Positions 31,501-44,311 of a stretch of 64,000 nucleotides of DNA are shown one piece after another (position 1 is the stretch's first letter; the number at the start of each line of letters is the position of its first letter). The translations under genes and the position numbers were made by a program. Origin of the DNA: an uncultured delta proteobacterium. Its GTDB lineage: Bacteria > Myxococcota_A > Polyangia > Haliangiales > Haliangiaceae. Where the stretch lies: NCBI GenBank assembly GCA_963743525.1, contig CAVUQH010000004.1:544001-608000 (forward strand), given 5' to 3'. The notes beneath the pieces were generated by a model. It was not told the DNA's origin. It did not search any database and was given only the letters and a program-made list of their open reading frames with translations.

Positions 31501-32353
31501 CGACTGTCGTGACCTCGCCACCGCCGCCGAGCAGATCTTGCGGGAACGCTGCCGGGGCACCACCTGGGAGCTGAGCAGCGCGCAGATGTACTGGATGTGG
31601 GCGCTGTACTGGCTCGGCGATTTCGCAGAGCTCGGCACCGTCGTGAACCAATTCGTGCGCGAGGCGCGGGAGCGCGGCGACCTGTATGCCGAGGTCAGCA
31701 TGAGCACCGGACTGCCGAGCTTTGCCGGGCTGGCAAACGACCAGCCGGAAGCAACCCGGACGCGGGTGCAAGCGGCCTTCGACCGCTGGGTCGCCGAGGG
31801 CTTCCATCTACAGCACTACTGGGCGCATCTGGGCCTGGCGCAGTGCGAGCTGTACGCCGGCGATCCGCTGGCCGCGCTGCGGCGCATGGACGAGATCATT
31901 CCCGCGATGCGGCGCGCCTTCCTCTATCGCATCGCGTTGGTGCGCGCGGAAATCACCCAGTTGTGCGGCCGTGCCGCGTTGGCCGCCTCGATGCTCGATG
32001 GCGATGCGGCGCGCTGGCGCCGGCGTGCCGAGCAGGAAATTCGACATCTGAAGAAGTTCCGCCTGGCCTGGTGCACGCCGGCCGCAGAGTTGTTGCGCGC
32101 GGGCCTGGCCGTCACTGCCGGCGAGCCGGACGCGGCGGTCGCCGTGCTTCCCGAGATCGCACGCCGCTTCGACACGCTCGACATGGGCGCCTTTGCCGCC
32201 GTGGCGCGCCGCAGCCACGGTCTACTGCTCGGCGGCGACGACGGCGCCGGCATGGTTGCCGCCGCCGACGACGAGCTGCATCAGCGCGGCGTGGCCAACC
32301 CGGCACGGATGACCGCCTACCTGGCGCCTGGCTTCGAAGCGTCCGAACCGTAG
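28517..32353 (+). CDS. Ser/Thr kinase fused to AAA/STAND ATPase and helical repeats
   Basis: GSGGMG, HRDIKPSN, DFG; LVGR, GRSGMGKT, FIDDLQWGD, GNPFF. Confidence 0.92.
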   Translation: MGDSQPSADRDLRDDLTGPGRFEILRRLGSGGMGVVYEAHDRERDLRVALKTLKRVNAASIYRFKREFRSLADVSHPNLVTLYELIGIADRWFFTMELIDGVDLLSYVRRHPTVDSEVREDSTASLAARRLASSPGGDETSPTNVGTSSSPSRQRIVPPADSAIVWRILPQLGEALNALHRTGHLHRDIKPSNILVTPDDRLVLLDFGVITELAGHRHNVLGEGFVGTPAYAAPEQAADPWVPSPASDWYSVGAILYEALAGRRPHSGSAEAMLEAKCSRDPVPLHVHNPDVDESLAELCMSLLSRDPSARPTGEQIVARLRARQPSPEPGRRRERTSTAAELALVGRDRQLGELDRAFELVRGGSGAAVHVQGRSGMGKTALVQHFLADIADRGDALVLSGRCYERESVPYQALDSLVDALCRYLLDLPRARADALMPLDVRHLARAFPVLRRVEAIARAQRRSVNEETEPLEARRRVFGALRELLARLAEQRPLVLFIDDLQWGDVDSAQFLARLMRPPVPPLLFVVTYRSEELSSSAALEIVRAAAETDEARTRFIDITIGRLPLADARELATELLREAGAPVDAAEHIARESHGNPFFVHEFARYVSSHGTGGRAEDLDLAEVIMARIGALSDDARRLMKTIAVAGRPLMQGLASRAAGIGDGLPRALAELRSAHLVRTTGARAYDTVECYHDRIRETVLGRLADDELRTIHLDVARGLASSAQPDIELMALHYAAAGERLVAFDYAVSAAETAAKALAFERAAALFRLAVELEPDDNPDRGLLRSQLGDALVNSGRGVEAAEAFLAAVPDVDPQTGLDLQVRAGSELLRSGRLAEGLDVLAPALAGAGANLASSPRRALWSLLLGRLRTRLRGLHFRPRSPAEIPQAQLTRIDAFAGASGPLGMADNLRGADVQTRHLLAALRAGEPTRVGRALVYESALSTLGGPRTRRRTNRLLGMVDEIASDTGDPRLSGQHKAMSALAAYQCGEWTDCRDLATAAEQILRERCRGTTWELSSAQMYWMWALYWLGDFAELGTVVNQFVREARERGDLYAEVSMSTGLPSFAGLANDQPEATRTRVQAAFDRWVAEGFHLQHYWAHLGLAQCELYAGDPLAALRRMDEIIPAMRRAFLYRIALVRAEITQLCGRAALAASMLDGDAARWRRRAEQEIRHLKKFRLAWCTPAAELLRAGLAVTAGEPDAAVAVLPEIARRFDTLDMGAFAAVARRSHGLLLGGDDGAGMVAAADDELHQRGVANPARMTAYLAPGFEASEP

Positions 32354-33281
32354 AAACGGGGGAAGTGCGGTTGGCCATGGTGTAGGCGATGCGTTCAACC
32401 AGGTCATCGGCGCCCTCGCATTCGACGCGGCTGGGCGGTGGGGACGACAGACACTCTCGAACTCCCCGTGGTGCTCGCGGGCGCTGCTGCTCGACGCGTG
32501 GGGCGTCGGCCGCGCCGAGCGCCCCTCCCTTCCCGCCGGCATGCGCGACGTAGACCGTTGCCTACGGGGAACACGCGGCGGCGCTCGGCGAGCTCGGCGA
32601 GCTCGGCGAGCGCGGCGAGGTCGCGAATCGTCTCCGCGGCGTCGAACGCCAGCGTCATCGGGGCGCCCGACGCCCGCGTCACCGCGATCGCTCCGTCGTG
32701 AATCGCGACCAGCCGGCCACCCACCTGAAGGAGGCGTTCCGCGGTTTCCGGGTGACGCTCTGGTCTGGGACGTTCCCGGCGCCTGCTCGAGCGCAGCCGC
32801 CGGGCCGCGTGGATCAGCCAGGCACTCGACTGGACCGTTGCCGGCGCGGCGGCAACGGTGGCGATGGGCCGCCGGAAGCGTGCCCGCTGCTGAGCGACGC
32901 GATCGCTCGCGCGCGCGGGCAGCGAATCCTTCGCCCCTTCGCCGAATCCAGCCGGCGGCTCGCGGCCATTGCCGACGACCTGCCGGAACCGAATCGGCAG
33001 TTCCTGGCCGCCATCGCCGCGCCCAAGCCCGCTCGCCCTCGCGTCGCGCCGTCGCCCGCCCCGCGGCGCGCCGACCTGGCACCGCCTCCTGGCCATGCAG
33101 TTCGGGTGGTGGGACGTCCTGGTCGCCGGCAATAAACTGTTCGCCCTGCCCGCCTCCTGACTACGACACCAGCAGCGTGAGCGCGTCGAGGATCAGTCCC
33201 CGCGCGCTCAACCACCTTGAGCTGCTTGGAGACCCCGTTGAGGCTCATGGCGAAGACCCGGGCGATGGCCCACCTTCTTTC

Positions 33282-36200
33282 TCAGCAGCCGCGATTCGCA
33301 CTCCGCCGCCGGGGCAACAGGCAGAGCAAGCCGACCAGGAAGGCGAGCACGAGGTCGTCCGGCCCGCCTCCGGTGTCACAACAACCGCCGCCCGACGTGG
33401 TGTCGCCGCCCGCATCGTCTCCGGCGTCGCCGATACCATCACCGTCGACTTCGCTCTGGTCGAGGGTTGGGCGTGAGCCGGCAGTTGTCGGTGGCATCAG
33501 GGACGGTGTCGTCGTCGCTGTCCAGGTCGCGGAAATCCGGGGTCCCGTCGCTGTCGGTATCGACGGGCGGCGTTGCGGCATCGGCATCGCCGGCTTCGTC
33601 GCTGTCGGAGATGCCGTCGCCGTCGCTGTCCAGGTCGCGATAGTCAGCGGTGCCGTCGCTGTCGGTGTCCACGGCGGGGGTTGCGACATCCTCGTCGCCG
33701 GCCTCGTCGTGGTCGCTGATGGTGTCGCCGTCGGAGTCGAAGATCCTGATAGTCGGGCACGCTGTCGCCGTCGGTGTCGGGAGGCGGCGTGTTCGGATCG
33801 ACGTCGTTGAACCTCCTCGGCGTCGGCGATGCTGTCGCCGTCGGTATCGACCTCGCAGATCGAGTTGCAGGCGTCCCCACTGTCGAGGTTGCCATCGTCG
33901 CACTGCTCAGCGGTCTCACGCTGCCGTCGCCGCAGCGCGGCTCGGTCATGAAGACGCCCGGCGTTCGCAGCATGTGCGAATAGACCAGGAAGTACTGCTC
34001 GGACGTCGGGTTGTACGTGATCCGGGGCGTGTACGAGTCGTCCAGATTGGCGGTGACCGTTTCGACCGGGCCGTTGCGCTGCGGCGACACGCCGGAGACT
34101 CTGCACGCGCGGATCTGGAACGTGCTGTTCGCGTCGTATGCCTCCCAGGTCACGACGTAGTCCACGCCGTTGCTCGCCACTCGGGCCCATTCCTGGTTCT
34201 CTTGCTCATCGGCGATAGGGATCGCTGCCGTCGAGCGGCCCTTGGGTGCGACGTGGTTGGCGTAGAGAGCGGAGCTGTGCCGGCTCGGGCATCACTCCAT
34301 GCGACGAGGAACTGCGAGCCGTTGGACGCAACGGCGCTCTTCCACTGCTGGTCCGTTGCGTCGCACACCACAACGAAGGGTTGTCTTCGACCTGCCGGAC
34401 TGGGCGGCGACCGAGCGGCCCGAATGTTGTTGTCGTCGCGCGTCCAGGTGACCAGGTACTGGTCGCCGGCGGCTGCTACCGCGGGATCGGCCTGTTGGTT
34501 GGTGCCTGGGCGACGGGATGCCATTGGGGTCGAGGACGCTGCCGCGGACGTGATGCGGGTGGCGTAGATGTCCCGGTTGGCGCCATATGAGGCGCCGTTG
34601 CGGTGATCGGTCCAGGCCGCAAGTAGTTGCCGCCGCCGTAGGTAGCTCCACGTGTTCCTGGCTTTGCGGCGCAATGGCGACGGAAATGTCGCTGCCGTTG
34701 ACGAGCTCGCGGCTGCCGACACCGGCGAGCGTAGATGTCGTAGCCGGTGGTGGCATCGGTTCTGTAGCTCCACGCGACCAGGTAGTCGGTGCCATCGGAC
34801 GCGGCGGCGACGTGGAAACAGCCGCCGGAGCAGACGAGGATGCCGTCCACGTCGAGGATGGTTCCGTCGGCTGCGACCGCGTGCCGCGAAGGTCGATCGG
34901 TTGGGCGCGGTCCCAACCGGGCGTCAGACCCAGGACCGGGTAGTCGCTGCTGATGGTCGCGACCACCGGCTGGTATTCGCGATTGGGGACCCCGGAGAGC
35001 AGAACGCCGTCGGGATCGCTCACCTCGCCCAGCGACGTCACGCGGTGTAGATCCGGCTGTCGGTCCCGGAGGGAACATGCGCCAAACCGCGAAGTAGCCA
35101 TCGCCGTTCGATGCCAGCTTGGGGCCGGACTGACGCAAAGTGTTGCTCGCAAGCCCAATCTGGGCGTCCAGAACTGCGCGCGCGCCCGAGACCCGACGAG
35201 CATATACGTGTGGCTGGCCGTCGCGAGCGTCCTGCCACACGGTAGAGAAGTCCGTGCCGTCGGACGCCAACTGCGGAATGACCTGGTTGCCACTGGACGT
35301 GGTGACGGCAAAGCCGCCGGTGTCGAGTATGGCGCTGGCGGACGTAAGTCGCGCGCCGTATAGATCGTAGTCGGTGTTGCGAGTGTCGCTGCAGACGACC
35401 AGGTAGTCGCTGCCATTCCATGCGACTGCCGTCCACGTGCTGTCGGACCCGGAAGCGAGACGATCGGCTGGCTGATGGAGCACGATACCCGCAGAGGAGA
35501 TGCGGGCGGCCTGCACCGTTGTGCCATCGATCCAGGAGACACGAAGTCGTTGCCGTCGGAGCTGACCGCGGGATATGAGCGCTGCCGACCTTCACGCCGT
35601 TCGTGTCGAGGACCGTCCCGGTCGGGCTGACGCGCGCTGCGTAGACGTCTTTCGTGCCGTGCCGACCGGCCGTCCAACCAGCCGACCAGGTAGTCGGTAC
35701 CGTTCCAGGCGATGGCCGAACGATCGGCCGACCATGCGCCGGCGGAGATGGCAAACCCATCGGGTGTAACACGATTCCAGAAGCATCGACCAGAGTGCCG
35801 AACAGGCCTGGGGCAGCGCGCCCGTGGGCCCGAGTATTGCGACCAGGTGACCAAGTACCGGTTCCATCCGAGGCGACCGCGGGGAACCGCAGGAGTCCCT
35901 CGCGGTCGCCAACGGAATCCCCGACGGGTCGAGAATCGAGTGGTCCGCGGCGAGGCGGGTTCCCCAGAGTTCCAGGCGCCCGAGCGTTCGTGACCCAGGC
36001 GACCAGGTATCCGCTGCCGTCGGAGGCATCGTCGGCGACGTGCCGACCAGGATCGTGCCGCGGATCGTCCAGCGCGATCTCGCGCTGACATCGGGTCAAC
36101 GCATCGGCGCGCGCGCCTGGCGAGAATGTCGCGGCCAATCCCCAGCGCAGGGCGCGCTCGACCTCGCCGATCGGCAGCGCGGCGAGGCTCACCGCACCGC

Positions 36201-36930
36201 ATCGCCGATGCGCGCTCGCGCCGCGCCAGCGCGTCAGCGTAGAGGCGAAGGTAGGATGTCGCCCGCGTAGCGCAGTCCGATCGACGGCGGCCTCGATCTG
36301 CAAATCATCGGTCGGCGGCTGCGCCACGCTCCAGGTCACCTCGACGCCGCTGCCGGTGGCCTCGAAGTGCTCGAGCACGCCACGCTCGGCGATAGGAGCC
36401 GCTCTGCGGTGTTTCCCAACAGGAACCCATCCGGGCTGCCGTCGCCCGGCACGTACAGTCGGACGCCGTCGCCCTCGACTTGCACCGTCCGGAATCCGCA
36501 AGCCGGTGTCGGCACCGCCGCTCGCGGTTGTCGGCACGAACGTCAGTCCGCTGCTGTCGAGCCGCGCGCGGTAACCGGCCCCGGCAGCCTCCTGCCGGCC
36601 GGCAGCGTTGGGACGGAACGCATGGGAAACCCGCTCGACGACGTCACCCATCACCGGATGCTTTCCAGCGGCGGAGTGCTGGTGCCAGTACTCCACGCCT
36701 AGCGCATAGCCAGACGGGGACTTCATCCGGGACACGGAGCGGCTGCCAGTCCCGTACACGGCGGTGAATCCTTTGGCTTGCCTGCACCGGATCTCGGCGC
36801 GCAGGCAAACAGGCTCGATGCGGCGACGACCGTCGCTAGAGTGCGAGCAACAAGCAGAACGGTTCTCCGGGGCACGCATGTGGAAGCCGGACTCGAGACT
36901 CCAAACCAATGAATCATCGCGAAACCTCTC
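33282..36930 (-). pseudogene. Large surface protein (beta-propeller-like repeats, Cys-rich and thrombospondin-3-like repeats, MYXO-CTERM-like tail), heavily frameshifted
   Basis: ASDGTDYLVAW..D.R...DIY..R repeats spread over all frames; [28 protein letters not shown]-hydrophobic-RRR end. Confidence 0.7.
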
Positions 36931-36950
36931 GACCTCGCCGACCCGCAGCG

Positions 36951-39239
36951 TCACCGTTGGAACACGAGCAGGTCGAGCTCGCCGTCGAGCCCGGCCATGA
37001 AGACCAGGTGACCAGTCACGAACACCGTCTGCAAGTCGTTCGACCGGCTGCGCAGCGGCTCGACCACGCTGCCGTCGTAGCGCACGAGGGTACCGCCGTC
37101 GCCCACGGCGAACGCTCCCAGCTGCGAATCGACCCAGATGTCGCGCCATCCCTGGTTGGTGAACGGGCCCGGGCTGACCAGCGGGATCCCGGACGTCCCG
37201 TCCAGTTGGTAGCTGCCGTCGCCGACCGTGAATACGAGCGATTTGCCGTCCACGTTCCCGCCCGAGATCGCCTGCATGGAGCTGGAGAGGTTCTGCGTTT
37301 GCCGAGTCGCGCCGAACAGCGTGACCGCGCTGTCGTTCAGGGCCCAAAGCGTGCCGTCGGACGCAGGCCAGAGATCGTGGGCCGGTATGACCGACACCCT
37401 GATCGCCATGGATGAATCGAGTCCGACCCACTGGTACACACCGCCGTCAGCGAAGCCCCCGGTCGAGGAATCACCTCCGGCCACGACCGTGTCGGCCGCG
37501 AGCGGCCAGACCGCGTGCAGATCGCCGGCGGTCGGCGAGGCCAGCTCGGACCAGGTGGCGCCGTCGTAGTGCAGGATCACGCCGCCGTCACCGACCGCAA
37601 AGACGTCGTCGGCAGCGCGACCGGCGACGGCGTTCAGATTCGCAGTGGTTCCGGAATCCTGCGCCGTCCACGACAGACCGTCGTGGTGGAAGATCGAGCC
37701 TCCCTGGCCGACGGCAAAGACGTCGTCAGGAGCGCTGCCCCACAGGGCATTGATGGACGCCTGCGCAGGCAGGGTCGTCGGCGACCAGGTCGCGCCCTCA
37801 TAGGTTGAGAGGTCGGAGGTGCCGACCAGAATCACCTCCTCGCCCGTGATCCCGACGACGGTCAGAAAATCCTGACCGTTGTCGATCTGGTTCCCGACCG
37901 ACAGCGGCCGCCAAACCGCGCCATCGTAGAACAGCACGGTGCCGGCCTTGCCGACTGCGAAGAAGCCTTCGACGTCGCTGCCCCATACCGACGCGAGGTC
38001 AACCGTCGCGAGCGTGCGTCCGGTGGTCCATCCGGCGCCGTGGTTCTCGACGATCGTCCCCGCGGCCCCGACCGCCACCGCGAGACTACCGGTCGCCCAG
38101 GTTGCGCGCAGGTCTGCGGTGGTTCCAGAGGGCTCGACGGCGAACCCCGAGCCGCGATCGGCGACGATCGCGCCGCCGTCGCCCACCGCGTAGACCGCCG
38201 ACGCATTTCCCGACACGCCGTGCAGCCCCGCGGAGGTCTGCGACGCGATGGTGGTCCATGCCGTGCCGTTCCAGTGAATGATGGTCCCGAGCTCGCCGAC
38301 GGCATAGATGTCGTTCGCGGAACGCCCCCAAACGTCGTAGAGATCGGCCGACGTTGGCGCAACATCAGCGCTCCAGACGCTTCCGTCCCAGCGACGGATC
38401 GTCCCGACGGTACCGACGACGACCGCCAGATCGCTACCGGCGGTCCAGACGGCCGTGAACGTTTGCCCTGTATGCGTTCCGCACGATTCGGGCAGTACCG
38501 GATCGCACCCGGCCGGCGGAGGGAAATTGATCGCGTCCTGTGCAAAGACGCGGACCCCCTTTCCCACGGCGTACTCGGCCATATCCACACCGCCGCCCAG
38601 CCCGAGCTCGCGCCAGCCCATGTATTTGCACGTATCGCTCGAATCTATGGGCGCGCACGCCGACGAACAGGTGGTCAGGCCCCGGTCGTAGCCCTTGCCG
38701 AGCTCGAGGCAGCTGGGTTGAACCGCTGCGTTCGGGTCGCACTGTTCCCCCTCGGTGACGAAACCATCGCCACAGAGCAAAACGCAATCGGTGCGGCAAA
38801 GGCCGGCGGCCAGCACGTTCGGCTCCTCGCAGTCGGGGCTCATGTTGTCGCTGGTACCGCAGTCGCACTGCTCACCGGGGTCCTTGAAGCCGTTGCCGCA
38901 GACCTCGGTCGAAAGACAATCCGCGCTGCAGCCGTCGCCCGACCTGGTGTTGCCGTCGTCGCACGCTTCGCCATCGTCGACAACCCCGTTGCCGCAACCG
39001 GTTGGATAGCAGACCCCGCGGTTGCAGACGCCATCGGGGATGCCATCGACGACACAGCCATCGCCATCGGCCTTGCCGGCGCAGACCTCACCGCGCACCT
39101 TGTCGACGCAGCCGTTGGTCGCGGCCGCGCAGACGGTGCCGCTCGGGCAGATTCGGCCATCGTCGCACACTACCGCCCCCGACTGAAAACAGGCCGGGAC
39201 CAGCACTGCGACCAACAGGGGTGCAACCGAGCGCGTCAT
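36951..39239 (-). CDS. Lipoprotein with myxobacterial Cys-rich repeats and WGS..DVFAVG beta-propeller repeats
   Basis: CGNGVVDDGEACDDGN; repeats VWGxxxxDxxAVGxxGxIxHxDG. Confidence 0.85.
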   Translation of the reverse strand: MTRSVAPLLVAVLVPACFQSGAVVCDDGRICPSGTVCAAATNGCVDKVRGEVCAGKADGDGCVVDGIPDGVCNRGVCYPTGCGNGVVDDGEACDDGNTRSGDGCSADCLSTEVCGNGFKDPGEQCDCGTSDNMSPDCEEPNVLAAGLCRTDCVLLCGDGFVTEGEQCDPNAAVQPSCLELGKGYDRGLTTCSSACAPIDSSDTCKYMGWRELGLGGGVDMAEYAVGKGVRVFAQDAINFPPPAGCDPVLPESCGTHTGQTFTAVWTAGSDLAVVVGTVGTIRRWDGSVWSADVAPTSADLYDVWGRSANDIYAVGELGTIIHWNGTAWTTIASQTSAGLHGVSGNASAVYAVGDGGAIVADRGSGFAVEPSGTTADLRATWATGSLAVAVGAAGTIVENHGAGWTTGRTLATVDLASVWGSDVEGFFAVGKAGTVLFYDGAVWRPLSVGNQIDNGQDFLTVVGITGEEVILVGTSDLSTYEGATWSPTTLPAQASINALWGSAPDDVFAVGQGGSIFHHDGLSWTAQDSGTTANLNAVAGRAADDVFAVGDGGVILHYDGATWSELASPTAGDLHAVWPLAADTVVAGGDSSTGGFADGGVYQWVGLDSSMAIRVSVIPAHDLWPASDGTLWALNDSAVTLFGATRQTQNLSSSMQAISGGNVDGKSLVFTVGDGSYQLDGTSGIPLVSPGPFTNQGWRDIWVDSQLGAFAVGDGGTLVRYDGSVVEPLRSRSNDLQTVFVTGHLVFMAGLDGELDLLVFQR

Positions 39240-39958
39240 TGGCCCTGCGCGAGCCCGCCGTAGTAGCGAAGCATGGCTTGATACGAGTTCTGCAGGCTGT
39301 CGCCGCACTCACAGTCCGCCGGGGCCTGCTCTCCACACTGGACCACTTGGTCGAGGAAGGACTTGTCGCCGCACCCGCCCAACGCACTCATCACGTCCTC
39401 GCATTTGTACGAAAAATCCAGACCCGCCGCTGCACCGATCGGGAAGACGACGTTCTCGCACAACGCACGGGTCGGGCTCGGATCGACGCCCTCGAAGACG
39501 TAGCCGACCTCGCGCGCGCCGCCGCTGCAGTTGGGAGCGGCCAAGAAACCGAGCCCCGCCGGAGCACCGACATCCGACGGCGACTGGGCGAAGATGATCT
39601 CCTCGTGATCGACGTTGCCCGGATCGTCGGTTGTCACCTGGATTGGGAACGGAGCCAGGATCTCTCGCACGCACTGCAAGAGCGTCGCCCACTTCTCGTC
39701 AGTCATGATCGAGCCTGGGGTCGTGTAGACATCATTGAGAAGGCTGCTGGTATTGGCGACGGAGTCCTGATCGCCCGGCATCACCGTCACCGGACGGCGG
39801 TTCAGATACACGATGTACGCTGGCGGCGCGTCCACCACCGCATCCGCCGGCGCCGCCGGCGCCGCGTCGGGCAGGTTCGCCAGCAGATTCTCCCGGCAGC
39901 CGCAGAGCGTGCAGATCGCCAACAACCAGAGAGCGCGCCGGTCGGTCAGAATCGCCAT
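39236..39958 (-). CDS. Lipoprotein, matrixin-like fold apparently lacking Zn ligands
   Basis: LCGC lipobox; IVYLN...APFPIQVTTDDP...GLDFSYKCEDVMS. Confidence 0.6.
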   Translation of the reverse strand: MAILTDRRALWLLAICTLCGCRENLLANLPDAAPAAPADAVVDAPPAYIVYLNRRPVTVMPGDQDSVANTSSLLNDVYTTPGSIMTDEKWATLLQCVREILAPFPIQVTTDDPGNVDHEEIIFAQSPSDVGAPAGLGFLAAPNCSGGAREVGYVFEGVDPSPTRALCENVVFPIGAAAGLDFSYKCEDVMSALGGCGDKSFLDQVVQCGEQAPADCECGDSLQNSYQAMLRYYGGLAQGQ

Positions 39959-40926
39959 GATGCCTGAACCCCCAGTCGTCCGCTGCCCGCCAGCGGTGCC
40001 AGCGCCAGCGTGCGGCCGTAGCCGACCTGCTCGACGGTCGGCCGGTTGAGAATGGCCAGCACGATCCCGGCAGACAGCACGGCGCCGCCCACGGCGACGA
40101 GGCCGACGCCGATGCGGTTTTGCAGGTGAGCCCGCTGCTCGGCGGCGGTCACGTTCGCCGGCAGAGCAGCGGGGCTGCACGGTTGGTCGGCGCACAGCAC
40201 GGCGAGCGCGTCGTCGTAGCTCTGGTAGGTGGCGCGCGACTGCAGCTCGAAGCCCAGGCCGGCCAGAGCGACCGCGACACCACCGCCGGCGACCGCCCAC
40301 GGCTTCCAGGCCGCCCAGCGGCGATGCAACACCGTAGCCTGGTCCAGGGTCTTGAGCTGGATCGGCAGCTGCCGCGACGCGCCCCCCAACAGCACGAACC
40401 GCTCGCTCAGCGTCAGGAAGCCGGCCCGGGCAGCCGTGACCCGATGCTCGCCGGCGAGCAAGAGGACCTTGCGCTTGCCCGGGCAGCGCAAGAAGTCGTG
40501 CCCGTCGAGCGCCACCGCCACGTCGGTCTGGCCGCAGTCGATCTCGACGTGGACGAGCTGGCTCTGGAGCAGGCGCTCGTACGAATGCGCCTGCTTCGCG
40601 ATGTCGGAAGAGAGGCCCCGGTCGCCGTAGCGCAACGCCGCCTCGAGGTTCTGGTAGGCCTCGATCGGACGCTCCAGGTTGATCAGCGCAACCGCGGCGT
40701 TGTAGCGGATCGAGGGATGATCCCAGTGTTTCAGCGCCTTGCGATAGAGCTCGAGGGCGGGGGCAAAGAGGTTCTGATCGAGGAGATCGTTGCCGGCGTT
40801 GAACAGCGACGTGGCCGTTGCCTGCTCCTGGGCAGACACCCCGACCGCCCACGGCCGGTCGCCGTCGTCGGCGCGGGCTGAACCCGCCCACAGGAGGCAC
40901 ACGATCGCGGCCGACGCGGCCGCCAT
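39946..40926 (-). CDS. TPR/PEGA-like membrane-anchored protein
   Basis: Signal peptide, TPR (ALELYRKAL..WDHPSIRYN), PEGA-like GEHRVTA, C-terminal TM segments. Confidence 0.8.
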   Translation of the reverse strand: MAAASAAIVCLLWAGSARADDGDRPWAVGVSAQEQATATSLFNAGNDLLDQNLFAPALELYRKALKHWDHPSIRYNAAVALINLERPIEAYQNLEAALRYGDRGLSSDIAKQAHSYERLLQSQLVHVEIDCGQTDVAVALDGHDFLRCPGKRKVLLLAGEHRVTAARAGFLTLSERFVLLGGASRQLPIQLKTLDQATVLHRRWAAWKPWAVAGGGVAVALAGLGFELQSRATYQSYDDALAVLCADQPCSPAALPANVTAAEQRAHLQNRIGVGLVAVGGAVLSAGIVLAILNRPTVEQVGYGRTLALAPLAGSGRLGVQASWRF

Positions 40927-41004
40927 CCGCACGCTCCGTCCCCGCCCGCGCACGACCTGAAGCTTATCACGCAGCTTGCAAACCTTGCTGCTATCATCGC
41001 CGCG

Positions 41005-43824
<2,820 letters not shown>

Positions 43825-43825
43825 G

Positions 43826-44200
43826 CTACTCCGCCCGCTCGGACGCCTGCGGGTTGGGCGCGTAGGCCATGGTGCCGTCGTCGCAGAAGCTGCAGCCGCC
43901 GGTCTGGCTGCCGTCCTCGCAGATCACCGTGATGCACAGGTCGCAACCGACGTTGTCGTCGAGCCAGTCTTGCGCGCACTGATTCGTGGTGCAGCCGCAG
44001 ATCGATCCCGGCACCGTCACCGGGTCGGGATCATCGGCCAGCTAAACCTGGGTGACCGTCGTCCCTGCCGCCAGGCCGTTGAGCTCGACGCCGGTGGCAG
44101 AAACGTTGGCCGGGCCGTCCGACTCGACGGCGCAGCCCGCCAGGCTCGAGACGACAGCGAGAGAAGCGACGAAGAACAGGGTGCGGAACGTGTTGGTCAT
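43826..44200 (-). pseudogene. Small Cys-rich lipoprotein with in-frame TAG at codon 53
   Basis: MTNTFRTLFF...LAGC...TQV*LADDPDP...Cys-rich domain, all in one frame; TAG at 44042-44044. Confidence 0.65.
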
Positions 44201-44213
44201 GTCGTCGGTAAAT

Positions 44214-44229
44214 TGCAGCTGCTGTGCCG
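44214..44229 (-). promoter_or_regulatory. sigma54-type promoter of the small lipoprotein gene
   Basis: Minus strand CGGCAC-AGCAG-CTGCA; GTTCCC/GGGAA repeats at 44263-44311 are candidate enhancer sites. Confidence 0.55.
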
Positions 44230-44311
44230 CGCGTAACCCGCTGAAATAGGAGCGACCGATCCGTTCCCAACCCGTTCCCGTTCCCAGTTCGGGAAGTCCC
44301 GATTCGGGAAC

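Noticed and set aside
44042..44044. Pyrrolysine or recoded TAG
   Set aside because: TAG is used as a normal stop by many genes here, and no pyl genes are visible
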